Shown: piece after piece, positions 39,781-49,963 of the stretch | How the letters are laid out: each line of letters begins with the position of its first letter | How positions within the stretch are numbered: position 1 is the first letter of the stretch | Source of the DNA: an uncultured Luteolibacter sp. | GTDB lineage: Bacteria; Verrucomicrobiota; Verrucomicrobiia; Verrucomicrobiales; Akkermansiaceae | Length of the DNA: 64,000 nucleotides | Direction: 5' to 3' | Assembly: GCA_964458895.1 (NCBI GenBank) | Contig: CAYWLC010000001.1 | Span: 26,984-90,983 of the forward strand | Translations under genes and position numbers: made by a program | Notes under the pieces: generated by a model | What the model was told of the DNA's origin: nothing | The model's database searches: none | Seen by the model: the letters and a program-made list of their open reading frames with translations, nothing else

Positions 39781-41264
39781 TTAAAGTTGAAAAATTTAAT
39801 GAATCTTATATTAGAATATTTTCTGATAAATCCATTGAACAAGAACTATCTGATTTCTTTAAATTTAGAGTTAAAGGATATCAATATATGCCAGCATATA
39901 AAGCTGGCATGTTTGATGGGTATGTTAGATTATACAATCTTCAAACTAAAAATCTCTATGCTGGTTTATTACAGTATGTTAAAGAATTTGCAAATAGAAA
40001 TGATTATGAATTAACTATTGGCAAAGGTATAGAGAATTCAAATACATATTCTGAAAAAGATATTCAATTATTTGCAGATAGTCTTAATTTATCTGCTAGA
40101 GGTCAACCTATATCACTTAGAGATTATCAAGTAGATGCTCTTCTAAAAGCCCTTAATAGAAATAGAGTAACTCTTTTAAGTCCTACTGCTTCAGGTAAAT
40201 CCGGTATTTTGTATGCTATAATGAGATGGCATCTAAATGCAAATAGAAAATTACTTCTGATAGTACCTAATACCATGCTTGTTGAACAAATGTATTCAGA
40301 TTTTGCCGATTATTCAAGCGCAAATGGATTTGATGTTGAACATAATGTACAAAAACTATATTCAGGATTTACAAAGGATTTTACTAAAAATGTTCTTATC
40401 TCTACATGGCAATCATTAATTACTATAAAACAAAAATCCTTTTATCAGCAATTTGATGTGGCTATGGTTGATGAATGTCATCTTGCTAAAGCTGCTTCTA
40501 TATCTGGTATTATGGAAAAATGTGTTAATACCAAATACAGGATTGGGGCTACAGGTACTATTGACGAAAGTTCTAAAACTAATAAACTAACACTTGAAGG
40601 ATTATTTGGACCAGTATATCAGGTAACTACAACCAAAAAATTAATGGATGAAGGTTCAGTAGTTAATCTAAAAATCAAGCAATTAATTCTTAAATATGAT
40701 GAAGAAACATGTAAGATGTTTAAAGGTACTGAGTATATTAAAGAACTTGATTGGTTAGTTACAAATCCTGTCAGAAATAAATTTATACGGAATTTAGCAA
40801 TATCTACTACAGGCAATACTCTAGTACTTTTCAACTATGTACAAAAACATGGCAAAGTAATATATGAAGATATAAAAAATAAAGTACATCAAGATAGACC
40901 TGTATTTTATATTCATGGAGGAGTTGATACAAAAGATCGTGAAGAAATTAGAAATGTATGCAGTAAATATAATAATGCAATAATAGTAGCCTCGTACGCG
41001 ACTATGAGTACAGGTACTAATATGCCTTCAATAGAAAATATTATATTTGCTCATCCTTCAAAATCTAAAATAAGAAATCTTCAATCTATTGGTAGAGGTC
41101 TACGTTTAAATGATGGTAAAAATGAATGCCGGCTTTTTGATTTAGTTGATGATCTACATTGGAAGTCTTGGAAGAATACCACGTTAACCCATGGCATAGA
41201 GAGATATAAGATATATATTACGGAGCAGTTTTTAGTTAACATAGTTGAAGTGGAGTTGAAATGA
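39777..41264 (+). CDS. uvsW: DNA helicase UvsW
   Basis: LRDYQ, SPTASGKS, DECH, QSIGRGLR. Confidence 0.95.
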   Translation: MIKVEKFNESYIRIFSDKSIEQELSDFFKFRVKGYQYMPAYKAGMFDGYVRLYNLQTKNLYAGLLQYVKEFANRNDYELTIGKGIENSNTYSEKDIQLFADSLNLSARGQPISLRDYQVDALLKALNRNRVTLLSPTASGKSGILYAIMRWHLNANRKLLLIVPNTMLVEQMYSDFADYSSANGFDVEHNVQKLYSGFTKDFTKNVLISTWQSLITIKQKSFYQQFDVAMVDECHLAKAASISGIMEKCVNTKYRIGATGTIDESSKTNKLTLEGLFGPVYQVTTTKKLMDEGSVVNLKIKQLILKYDEETCKMFKGTEYIKELDWLVTNPVRNKFIRNLAISTTGNTLVLFNYVQKHGKVIYEDIKNKVHQDRPVFYIHGGVDTKDREEIRNVCSKYNNAIIVASYATMSTGTNMPSIENIIFAHPSKSKIRNLQSIGRGLRLNDGKNECRLFDLVDDLHWKSWKNTTLTHGIERYKIYITEQFLVNIVEVELK

Positions 41265-41623
41265 TTGAGCATGAATATATTACCTTAAAACTTGTAAATG
41301 GAGATAACGTCATATGTGTAAAAATAGGTGAGGATGATCATAAATTTATAATTATGTACCCTATCCAAATGAAAACCGTCAACTTTGATTTTGAAGGTAA
41401 AAATAAAGAAGTATTAGCCGGTTCTCCTTGGTGTTCTTTTACAGATGAACAAATCTTTACAATATGGAAAGATGATGTCATAATCATTAAACCTTTAAAT
41501 GAATCTACTATTGAATACTATAAACGTCTTATAGATGTTCAAATAGGTCAATTAGTATTACCTGAAGAGGAATATGATTTAGAAACAATTAGTTTTAATC
41601 TATCTAATGAAACAATACATTAA
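41261..41623 (+). CDS. Conserved hypothetical protein (Sm-like) between uvsW and gp55
   Basis: LKLVNGD.VI..PW..F; conserved position in T4-like phages. Confidence 0.6.
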   Translation: MIEHEYITLKLVNGDNVICVKIGEDDHKFIIMYPIQMKTVNFDFEGKNKEVLAGSPWCSFTDEQIFTIWKDDVIIIKPLNESTIEYYKRLIDVQIGQLVLPEEEYDLETISFNLSNETIH

Positions 41624-41757
41624 CCTAGAAAAACCTGGTATAACCAGTATATCACAAAAGTAAACAGTTGTAAACAGTAAAATAAAAATATATTTTAATG
41701 TACTTTTTATCAATCATAGGATATAATAGTTCTATATTATAAATTGAGGGAGTAGAA

Positions 41758-42297
41758 ATGAGCAAGAAACTAAATTATATTAATAATGAAGAATTCTTTG
41801 TAGCTATGCAAGAACGTATTGCTTTAGTTAAGGATTGTGAATCAAAGGGAATTCCCAAACCTAGAATCTCTGAATATATTGGTGGATGTATATTTAAGAT
41901 TGCTACTAATTTCTCCAATCTTAGAAGCTTTAATGGATATTCATTTAAAGAGGATATGATTCTTGATGGAGTAGAGAATTGTTTAAAGGTTATTGATAAT
42001 TTTGATGAGAATAAAACACATAATCCTTTTTCCTATTTTACTCAAATTGTTTATTTTGCGTTTCTACGTAGAATAGCAAAAGAGAAACGACAAGTCTATA
42101 TTAGAAGCAAACTACTTACCTCAAATGCTTTAGATCTTACTGAACTACAAGCTCATGATGAACAGGGAGATTTCACTAATAATTATATTGAATACATGAA
42201 AGCATATAATAATTTTGATGGTTCTTCATTTGAAAAACCTAAAAAGGAAAAGATTAAAAAAGAAGTGTACTCACCTTTAGAAGATTTTTATAATTAA
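41758..42297 (+). CDS. gp55: Late-transcription sigma factor gp55
   Basis: YINN.EF, YIG.C..KIA, DMI.DG.ENC, NPFSYFTQI.YFAFLRRI.KEK. Confidence 0.95.
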   Translation: MSKKLNYINNEEFFVAMQERIALVKDCESKGIPKPRISEYIGGCIFKIATNFSNLRSFNGYSFKEDMILDGVENCLKVIDNFDENKTHNPFSYFTQIVYFAFLRRIAKEKRQVYIRSKLLTSNALDLTELQAHDEQGDFTNNYIEYMKAYNNFDGSSFEKPKKEKIKKEVYSPLEDFYN

Positions 42298-42315
42298 TTA
42301 TTGAGAGAATATATT

Positions 42316-42498
42316 ATGAATGAAGTTATAAAGCAATATCGTTTATTTGATGAAGAATCTAAAAGATGGGAAGATTGGAAAACTTTAGAAAATTATGAAA
42401 AAGAACATACAATCAAGTATGCAATAGCTCAAGGATGTAAGTGTCAACTTAAAACATTTGAACAAACAAGTATTGAAGGTTGGGGGTTGAATGAATAA
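42316..42498 (+). CDS. Hypothetical protein
   Basis: Small ORF between gp55 and gp47; ATG at 42316 preferred over the TTG start. Confidence 0.5.
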   Translation: MNEVIKQYRLFDEESKRWEDWKTLENYEKEHTIKYAIAQGCKCQLKTFEQTSIEGWGLNE

Positions 42499-43549
42499 GG
42501 TTTGTTTAATAACTGACCAGCATTTCGGAGCTAGAACAGGTTCTACAATTATAATTGACCATCAACGTAAATTTTATAATGAGGTATTCTTTCCATACCT
42601 TGATAAAAATAATATTAATACTGTTATTATTCTAGGTGATACTTTTGATACCCGTAAATTTACTAACAATTATGTAATAGAACAAAGTAAATTATTTTTC
42701 TTTAATCAATTAAAAGACAGAAATATAACTGTCTATATGATAGTTGGTAATCATGACATTTATTTTAAACAAACCATTTATCCAAACACTCCTAGTTTGT
42801 TATTGGCAGAATATGATAATATTAGTCTTATAGAATATGCTCAAACTGTTTCTATCAAAGGTATTGATGTTGCAATGATACCTTGGATCTGTAATGATAA
42901 TTATGAAGAATGTTATGAAGAGATTAGAAGTTCACTATCTGATATCTGTATGGGTCATTTCGAGATAGGTGGATTTCAAATGTATCGTGGCGTAGAATCC
43001 CATGGAGGCATGTCAAGTTTAATGTTTGATCGATATGACAAAACCTTCTCAGGTCATTATCATCATAGGTCTACCAAGAACAATATTACCTATCTTGGAA
43101 CTCCATATGAGATTACTTGGCAAGATTACGCTGATCCAAAAGGATTTCATATGTTTGATCTTGCAACACGAGAACTTGAATTTATTGAGAATCCAAATAA
43201 ATTATTTGTCAAACTAGAATATAATGATTTAAACCAAGAACCAGTTGATCTAAGTAATATAGATATTAAAGACACTTATGTTAAACTTATAGTGGTTAAC
43301 AAAACTGATTATTACAAATATGACACATTCTTGACTAAATTATATAATAAAGGTGCTCATGAAATTAAGATTATTGAAGACATTGGAGACTTCTCTTCAG
43401 GTGAACTATCTGATGATATTAAATTAGAAGATACACAATCTGTTTTAAACCATTATATTGAATCTATAGAGACTGATATAGAAACATCAAAGATAAAATC
43501 TTATGTGCAGTCTTTATATACAGAAGCATTAAATAGTGAAATTGCATAA
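42491..43549 (+). CDS. gp47: Recombination endonuclease subunit gp47 (Mre11/SbcD-like)
   Basis: TDQHFG, LGDTFD, GNHD, SGHYH phosphoesterase motifs. Confidence 0.95.
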   Translation: MNKVCLITDQHFGARTGSTIIIDHQRKFYNEVFFPYLDKNNINTVIILGDTFDTRKFTNNYVIEQSKLFFFNQLKDRNITVYMIVGNHDIYFKQTIYPNTPSLLLAEYDNISLIEYAQTVSIKGIDVAMIPWICNDNYEECYEEIRSSLSDICMGHFEIGGFQMYRGVESHGGMSSLMFDRYDKTFSGHYHHRSTKNNITYLGTPYEITWQDYADPKGFHMFDLATRELEFIENPNKLFVKLEYNDLNQEPVDLSNIDIKDTYVKLIVVNKTDYYKYDTFLTKLYNKGAHEIKIIEDIGDFSSGELSDDIKLEDTQSVLNHYIESIETDIETSKIKSYVQSLYTEALNSEIA

Positions 43550-45267
43550 TGTCTACATTACATTTTAAGTACATTAGTTACAAAAACTTTCTATCGACAG
43601 GTAATGTTGAAAATAAAATCCTATTAGATAAGTCAAGAACTACCTTGATTATGGGTAAAAATGGTGATGGCAAATCTACCATACTTGATGCCATAACATT
43701 TTGTTTATTTGGTAAACCTTTCCGTGATATTAAATTAGGCCAGTTAGTTAACTCTATTAATGGCAAACAACTATTAGTAACATGTGAATTCCTTATTGGT
43801 ATTAAATCTTACAAGATTATCCGTGGAATAAAGCCCGGTATATTTGAGATATATTGTAATGATGTCTTATTGAATCAAGAAGCGGCAAATAAAGATTACC
43901 AAAAGATTTTAGAACAACAGATACTTAGACTTAACTATAAAACCTTTACTCAGGTAGTTATTCTAGGTTCAGCATCTTTTGTTCCATTCATGCAACTTAA
44001 ATCCAGTCAACGTAGAGAAGTTGTTGAGGATATTCTGGATATCCGTATTTTCTCTGTAATGAATCAAATATTGAAAGATAGAGTATCTTCAACTAAAGAT
44101 GCTATATCAAAAATTGAAACAGATATCAAAATAGCACGTTCAAAGGTTGAGTCTCAAACATCTATTATTGAAGCTATGAATATAGCAAAGTCTGATACTG
44201 TTAAATTATTATTGGATAAAATTACTAAAAATGATCATCAAATTGAGCAATCTCAAGTAACTTCCGATCTACTAGCAGCAGAACTAGTTCATTTAAGAGA
44301 AAAGATTAGTGACAAAGATAAACTTGATGAAGATATTCAAGGTGTTAATAGGTTACTTAGCAAAGTTACTGCAATCCATAATCATCATGTAACACACAAA
44401 CATTTCTTTTGCGAAAATGATGTATGTTCAACGTGTTCACAGGAAATTACCGATGAATATAAACAAATAGTAGTTGCAGATATTCAATCTAAAATAGATG
44501 AGGAAGATTCTAAACTCCAAGCTTTGGAAAAAGCCTATGCTAATCTAAAAGAATCTTTGAAAAATATTCAACTAATACAAAATAATATTACCGATAAAAA
44601 TATTGAGTTATCGACAACAAATAGTACTATCACTCTATTGAATAGACAAAACTCTCAGTTCCTTACAGAGATTGAAGGTGTAGAACAAAATACTACAAAC
44701 GTAGATGAAGAGAAACGTAAATTAAAAGAACTTGCAAATAGTACTATAGAACAAATAACTGAGAAAACCTCCTTGATGGAACTTAGAGGGTTACAAGATA
44801 TTTCAAATCAGTTATTGAAAGATACTGGAATTAAGACTGCTATTATCCGTGAGTATCTACCTGTAATGAATACTTTGATTAATAAGTATCTTGCAATTAT
44901 GGACACGTATATTAAGTTTGAATTAGATGAGTCATTCAATGAAACTATTAAGTCAAGATTTCGAGATGAGTTTACATATGCATCATTTTCTGAAGGAGAA
45001 AAACGTAAACTTGATGTGGCAATCCTATTTGCTTGGAGACAAATAGCTAGACTTAAGAATTCAGTCAATACTAATCTTTTGATCATGGATGAGATTGCCG
45101 ATTCTAGTCTTGATGATGCCTCTACAGAATCATTATTAACCATGATTAATTCATTAGAATCAGATACTAATGTATTTGTGATTTCACATCGAGGTGATAT
45201 ACTGAATGACAAATTTCATTCAGTATTACGAGTTGAAAAGAGAAATGATTTTTCTGTGCTAGTTTAA
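43549..45267 (+). CDS. gp46: Recombination ATPase subunit gp46 (Rad50/SbcC-like)
   Basis: GKNGDGKS, CSTC zinc hook, FSEGEK, LLIMDE, VISH. Confidence 0.95.
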   Translation: MSTLHFKYISYKNFLSTGNVENKILLDKSRTTLIMGKNGDGKSTILDAITFCLFGKPFRDIKLGQLVNSINGKQLLVTCEFLIGIKSYKIIRGIKPGIFEIYCNDVLLNQEAANKDYQKILEQQILRLNYKTFTQVVILGSASFVPFMQLKSSQRREVVEDILDIRIFSVMNQILKDRVSSTKDAISKIETDIKIARSKVESQTSIIEAMNIAKSDTVKLLLDKITKNDHQIEQSQVTSDLLAAELVHLREKISDKDKLDEDIQGVNRLLSKVTAIHNHHVTHKHFFCENDVCSTCSQEITDEYKQIVVADIQSKIDEEDSKLQALEKAYANLKESLKNIQLIQNNITDKNIELSTTNSTITLLNRQNSQFLTEIEGVEQNTTNVDEEKRKLKELANSTIEQITEKTSLMELRGLQDISNQLLKDTGIKTAIIREYLPVMNTLINKYLAIMDTYIKFELDESFNETIKSRFRDEFTYASFSEGEKRKLDVAILFAWRQIARLKNSVNTNLLIMDEIADSSLDDASTESLLTMINSLESDTNVFVISHRGDILNDKFHSVLRVEKRNDFSVLV

Positions 45268-45458
45268 TAATAACATATTGATTTTATTAATTAAATAAAA
45301 AAATAATGCGTTCTGTGCACACTTTTTTATTTTAAGGGTGATATACTTAACATAAAGTGAAAAAAGCCCACTTTTTAATAAAAAAAGTATAATATAATCA
45401 ATTACTTAAAAGTGCACTTTTTTTACACTTGGCAATTTTTCAAATTGTGAAAATAAAT

Positions 45459-45487
45459 GTTTACATTCTCTGAAAAGGTGATATAAT
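45459..45487 (+). promoter_or_regulatory. Early (host sigma70) promoter
   Basis: GTTTAC-17nt-TATAAT with extended TG and an A-rich UP element. Confidence 0.8.
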
Positions 45488-45517
45488 AGACTCATAAATT
45501 GATAAAGAGATTATATT

Positions 45518-47542
45518 ATGAATACAGCAATAGACCTTACCGCAAAACTCCTCGCAACAGAAAACCTAACTGTGGTTAAAGCCGCAGTTAAAACAGCCTC
45601 TTTTAATGTTAAATCAAGGCAACTAACTTTACCTATCTTTAAAGATATGACTCCTGAAATAGAGAGTATGCTTGTAGGTCATGAAGTAGGTCATGCATTG
45701 TATACAACTATGGATATGATGGAAGCTTCAAAAGAAGATTACAAAATCCATGACTATATCAATGTAGTTGAAGATGTTCGTATTGAAAAATTAATGAAAC
45801 GTAAATATCCCGGTCTTAAAAAGACTATGATTGAGGGTTATAGACAACTTAATGAAAAGGATTTCTTCGGTATAAGCAAGATTAAAAATGTAAGAACTCT
45901 TAACTTAATTGATAGAATTAACCTTTGGTTCAAAGTAGGTATTTCTTCTGGAGTTTCATTCTCTGAACAAGAAAAATTATTTGTTACTCGCGCAGAAAAA
46001 ACTGAAACTTCCATTGAAGTTGTTCAATTAGCAAAAGATATTTATGAATTTTGTAAAAATGAATTAGAAAACCCAGAAAGTAAAGATTCATCATTTAATA
46101 ATGAAAATACTGAAGAATCTGAAGAATCTGAAGAGAATGAAAGTTATGAAGAATCTGAAGAATCTGAAGAGAATGAAACAAAATCTCCTGAAGAAATAGA
46201 AGAAGAATTAGAATCTAAAACTAATAAATCTTTAATGGAAAATTTAGATAATTCTGTAGATATGAATGCAGAATATAATTATTTAAGATTAGATACTGAT
46301 TATGATCCTGATACAATAGTAGGTTATAAAACCATTTTATCTGAAACTGAAACTGAACAAGAATTTATATTAAATCGTTGGGGTTATAAAGAAGATATTC
46401 CAAGAAGTGTTGATGCAGAATATATTAAATTCAAGTCAAATACATTGAAAACAGTTAATTATCTCATAAAAGAATTTGAGATGAAAAAAGCAGCAACTCA
46501 ATATAAACGTAACCAAGTATCAAAATCAGGTTCATTGGATATGAAAAAGGTTTGGGGTTATCAATTGAATGATGATTTATTTAAAAGAATTACTACTACT
46601 CAAGATGGTAAAAAGCATGGAATGATCTTTTTGATAGATTGGTCAGGTTCTATGAACGAAGTTATTGGAGATGTAATTCAACAAGTTACTACATTATCAA
46701 TGTTTTGTCATAGATTGCAAATTCCATTTCAAGTATTAGCATTTTCTGATTATTATTATAACTGTTATGATAATAAACCTTATTCTAATAGAAGAAAAGA
46801 TAGATTTCAAAAAACTAGATTAGCTACAAATTTATTAAATAATGCAACTAAAGAATGTGCTTTATTGGAATTCTTTAGTCATAAAATGTCAAATAAAGAT
46901 TTTAATGATATGGCTAAAAGACTGTTTAATACTTATAAGTTTACTAGAAAAAGTGAATACTCGTTAGGTGGAACTCCATTAAATGAAGCATTAGCTTATA
47001 TGACTGATCATATAGGCAAATTTATGAATCAAAATAATGTGGAAAAGATGTCTTTTATTACATTAACTGATGGAGCAGGAAGTACTTTACGTGCTTATAA
47101 TGCTCCACATTATGGTAAGAATTTCTTAGTCGATCCAATAACTAAAATAAATTATGATTTTAGATATGATGCTACTGGACAAACTAATACTTTATTAAAA
47201 ATGATAAAAGATAGATATAATGTTGCTAATATTGGTTTTTATGTTGCAGGTTCTTTAGGTCGTTCAGAAATTAATTCAGCTTCATTTAATAATGGTATAG
47301 ATGATATAGATATCGACGAAGTAAGAAAAGAAGTTCGCCAAAATGGTTTTGCTTCTTTCAAAACTAAAGGTCGTGATAATTTATTATTAGTTCCTGCAAA
47401 GTCTTTGAGAATTAAAGATATAGAATTGGAAGTTTCAGGTAAACAATCAACTTCTTCTATTGCAAATAAGTTCACCAAAATGATGGAAGGACGTCAAGTG
47501 AACCGTTTATTATTGAATAAATTTATCAGTTACGTTGCCTAA
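45518..47542 (+). CDS. Metallopeptidase-like plus vWA domain protein (phage CobT-like partner of the AAA ATPase)
   Basis: HEVGH and NVVEDVRIE; acidic linker; DWSGS MIDAS, GGTPL, LTDG. Confidence 0.8.
   Translation: MNTAIDLTAKLLATENLTVVKAAVKTASFNVKSRQLTLPIFKDMTPEIESMLVGHEVGHALYTTMDMMEASKEDYKIHDYINVVEDVRIEKLMKRKYPGLKKTMIEGYRQLNEKDFFGISKIKNVRTLNLIDRINLWFKVGISSGVSFSEQEKLFVTRAEKTETSIEVVQLAKDIYEFCKNELENPESKDSSFNNENTEESEESEENESYEESEESEENETKSPEEIEEELESKTNKSLMENLDNSVDMNAEYNYLRLDTDYDPDTIVGYKTILSETETEQEFILNRWGYKEDIPRSVDAEYIKFKSNTLKTVNYLIKEFEMKKAATQYKRNQVSKSGSLDMKKVWGYQLNDDLFKRITTTQDGKKHGMIFLIDWSGSMNEVIGDVIQQVTTLSMFCHRLQIPFQVLAFSDYYYNCYDNKPYSNRRKDRFQKTRLATNLLNNATKECALLEFFSHKMSNKDFNDMAKRLFNTYKFTRKSEYSLGGTPLNEALAYMTDHIGKFMNQNNVEKMSFITLTDGAGSTLRAYNAPHYGKNFLVDPITKINYDFRYDATGQTNTLLKMIKDRYNVANIGFYVAGSLGRSEINSASFNNGIDDIDIDEVRKEVRQNGFASFKTKGRDNLLLVPAKSLRIKDIELEVSGKQSTSSIANKFTKMMEGRQVNRLLLNKFISYVA
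46111..46178 (+). repeat. 36-bp-period tandem duplication in the acidic linker
   Basis: TGAAGAATCTGAAGAATCTGAAGAGAATGAAA occurs twice (EESEESEENE x2). Confidence 0.85.
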
Positions 47543-47550
47543 AGTGAAAT

Positions 47551-47629
47551 TAAACGTTTACATTTGATGAAAACGTGTTATAATAGATCCATAAACTAAT
47601 TAATTGAGATAAACTATATTATGAAAACA
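47551..47629 (+). repeat. 79-bp exact direct repeat, copy 1 (early promoter + RBS + ATGAAAACA)
   Basis: Identical to 47795-47873; GTTTAC-17nt-TATAAT at 47556-47584. Confidence 0.92.
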
Positions 47630-47779
47630 TTAGTACCAAGTGAAATTATTGTTCAACAAGGAACCTATACTGTTAAAGTGTATCTTAATGGTGATAGATT
47701 ATGTTTTACCTCATATACTCAAGCAGCAGCAAAACAAAAATGCGTAGCTTATCTTTCTCCTAGAGGATATAAGATTTAA
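47621..47779 (+). CDS. Small early protein, 52 aa (not in ORF track)
   Basis: MKTLVPSEIIVQQGTYTVKVYLNGDRLCFTSYTQAAAKQKCVAYLSPRGYKI; has its own promoter and RBS. Confidence 0.7.
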   Translation: MKTLVPSEIIVQQGTYTVKVYLNGDRLCFTSYTQAAAKQKCVAYLSPRGYKI

Positions 47780-47794
47780 CTTTTCATATGAAAA

Positions 47795-47873
47795 TAAACG
47801 TTTACATTTGATGAAAACGTGTTATAATAGATCCATAAACTAATTAATTGAGATAAACTATATTATGAAAACA
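47795..47873 (+). repeat. 79-bp exact direct repeat, copy 2 (early promoter of the AAA ATPase)
   Basis: Identical to 47551-47629. Confidence 0.92.
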
Positions 47874-48980
47874 ATTCCAAACTTTATTCCTACTATGTAC
47901 CAAATGTTTCCTGATGCTGAAACAACCGGTACTATCACTCGTAAACAACTCAAAGAAGTAAAAGATCAAATGAATTGTGATTGGCCAGATTGGTTAATGC
48001 AAAACAAAGTTGCTAGAGGTGTTTATAGATTACCAACTGCAGAAATGCCTATGAAAGAATTGAAAATAGTTTCCATTCCTAAAGGTGGAACTTCTCTCGT
48101 GCCAGAAAAAGATCCTAACTTTGTACCCTTCGGTAACTTCAAAGATTTAGAGTCTATCATTAAATCCGGCATTTTTTATCCCTCGTATATTTACGGACCT
48201 ACGGGTAATGGTAAATCTACAATGGTTGAGCAAATATGCGCTAAGCATAAAAAACCTTTGATTCGTGTTAACTTGAACATGATGACTGACGAAGAGCAGT
48301 TGATTGGTTCTAAAACTCTTCAAGAAGGCAATGTTGAGATTGTTGAAGGACCAGTATTGGTTGCTATGCGTACAGGTACTACTTTGTTACTTGATGAGAT
48401 AGATGCAGGTTCAGCAAATACTTTATTATGCTTACAACCTATTCTTGAAGGTAAACCATACTACTTCAAGTTGAAGAATGAAATGATTATTCCTGCAGAA
48501 GGATTCAATATACTTGCTACAGCCAATACTAAAGGTAAAGGTTCTGATGATGGTCGTTATATTGGTACTAATGTATTGAATGAAGCATTTCTTGAACGAT
48601 TTGCGGTTACATTTGAACAAGAATATCCAAGTGCAAACATCGAATTAAAAATTGTTAAGAATCTAATGGAACAATTTAACTGTGTTGATGAACCTTTTGC
48701 TGAACTGTTAGTTAAATGGGCAGACGCAATTCGTAAAACTTATGATGATGGAGGTGTTGATGAACTAATTACAACTCGTCGAATGGTTCATATCATTCGT
48801 GCTTTTGCAATCTTTGGTAATAAAGTAAAAGCAGTTCAATTGTGTTGCAATCGTTTTGACTCTCAAACTAAGGCAGCATTTATTGATTTACTTGATAAAA
48901 TGTCTGAACCAGAACTTTCTGAAATAGATCCTGCAGAAGTAATTATATCTATTGATGAATTTGATGAAATCCCTTACTAA
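47865..48980 (+). CDS. cobS: MoxR/CobS-like AAA+ ATPase
   Basis: GPTGNGKS, LLLDEID, ATANTKGKG, LNEAFLERF, TRR. Confidence 0.85.
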   Translation: MKTIPNFIPTMYQMFPDAETTGTITRKQLKEVKDQMNCDWPDWLMQNKVARGVYRLPTAEMPMKELKIVSIPKGGTSLVPEKDPNFVPFGNFKDLESIIKSGIFYPSYIYGPTGNGKSTMVEQICAKHKKPLIRVNLNMMTDEEQLIGSKTLQEGNVEIVEGPVLVAMRTGTTLLLDEIDAGSANTLLCLQPILEGKPYYFKLKNEMIIPAEGFNILATANTKGKGSDDGRYIGTNVLNEAFLERFAVTFEQEYPSANIELKIVKNLMEQFNCVDEPFAELLVKWADAIRKTYDDGGVDELITTRRMVHIIRAFAIFGNKVKAVQLCCNRFDSQTKAAFIDLLDKMSEPELSEIDPAEVIISIDEFDEIPY

Positions 48981-49047
48981 TAAAAATGAATTATTCAGTT
49001 TACTTTTATGGGATTATGTAATATAATTATTATTTTATGGAGTTATT

Positions 49048-49248
49048 ATGAGTAAATACGAAGATGCAGTATGTGAAAAAATCCAACAAAGAGCTAAATT
49101 TGGATTAGATAAGTACGGAGTTTCATTAGAGAGAACTGACTTGAATGAATTAGATTGGTTAATCCATGCACAAGAAGAAGCCATGGATTTAGCAAATTAT
49201 CTTGAAGTGATTATACAACGAAAAATTAAAACTATGGAGACATTATGA
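49048..49248 (+). CDS. Hypothetical phage protein
   Basis: G..KYG..L.R.DL...WL.HAQEEAMD.A.YL pattern; GGAG RBS. Confidence 0.65.
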   Translation: MSKYEDAVCEKIQQRAKFGLDKYGVSLERTDLNELDWLIHAQEEAMDLANYLEVIIQRKIKTMETL

Positions 49249-49898
49249 AAATCAGTAAAGACACAATTAATATCCTTAAGAACTATGCATCAATCAATAG
49301 CAACTTGTTGTTAACACCTGGAAATAGATTGAAGACTACTTCGGTAAATAAAACTGTAGCATCAAGTATAACTGTAGTTGAGCAATTCCCTATTGAATTT
49401 GGCATATATGACCTTAATTCATTTTTAGGAGCAATTTCTTTATTCACTGATCCTGAATTAGAATTTGAAGAAAAGTATGTTAATATTCAAGAGAAAAATA
49501 ACAGAATTAAATTTTTTGCTGCCGATGCATCTTTATTGAAAACTCCAAGTAAAGATATAGTATTTCCTGCTGCAGATATTAATTTTGACTTATCTGAATC
49601 ATTATTTGCTGCTATTCAAAAAACTGCCGGTGTTTTAAAAGCTTCTGATCTTTCTATTGTGGGCGATGGAACTAGTTTAACTTTAACAATTGGTGATAAA
49701 AAGAATGCTACTAGCAATTTATATGAATCAATTGTAGGTACTACTGATAAAACTTTTAAAGCTAATATTAAAATTGAAAACCTGAAAATGTTACAAGGTA
49801 ATTATACAGTAACTATTCATTCTAGAATCGCTAGATTTGAATCTACAATTGGTGATTTAGTTTATTATTGTGCAATTGAGGCTGATAGTACGTTCTAA
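49245..49898 (+). CDS. gp45: Sliding clamp gp45
   Basis: MKIS..T..ILKN.ASIN, FGIYDLN.FL, ENLKM. Confidence 0.93.
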   Translation: MKISKDTINILKNYASINSNLLLTPGNRLKTTSVNKTVASSITVVEQFPIEFGIYDLNSFLGAISLFTDPELEFEEKYVNIQEKNNRIKFFAADASLLKTPSKDIVFPAADINFDLSESLFAAIQKTAGVLKASDLSIVGDGTSLTLTIGDKKNATSNLYESIVGTTDKTFKANIKIENLKMLQGNYTVTIHSRIARFESTIGDLVYYCAIEADSTF

Positions 49899-49963
49899 AA
49901 TACATTTACTTTTTGATAAAGTCATGATACATTATATCATGACTATTTTACTATGGAGACATT

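Noticed and set aside
46111-47873. CRISPR array
   Set aside because: The repeats are two-copy coding duplications or promoter duplications; no repeat-spacer periodicity and no cas genes
45518-48980. cobT/cobS as cobalamin-biosynthesis auxiliary genes
   Set aside because: No cobN or other cob genes are present; the pair fits the MoxR-AAA/vWA chaperone-type module common in T4-like phages
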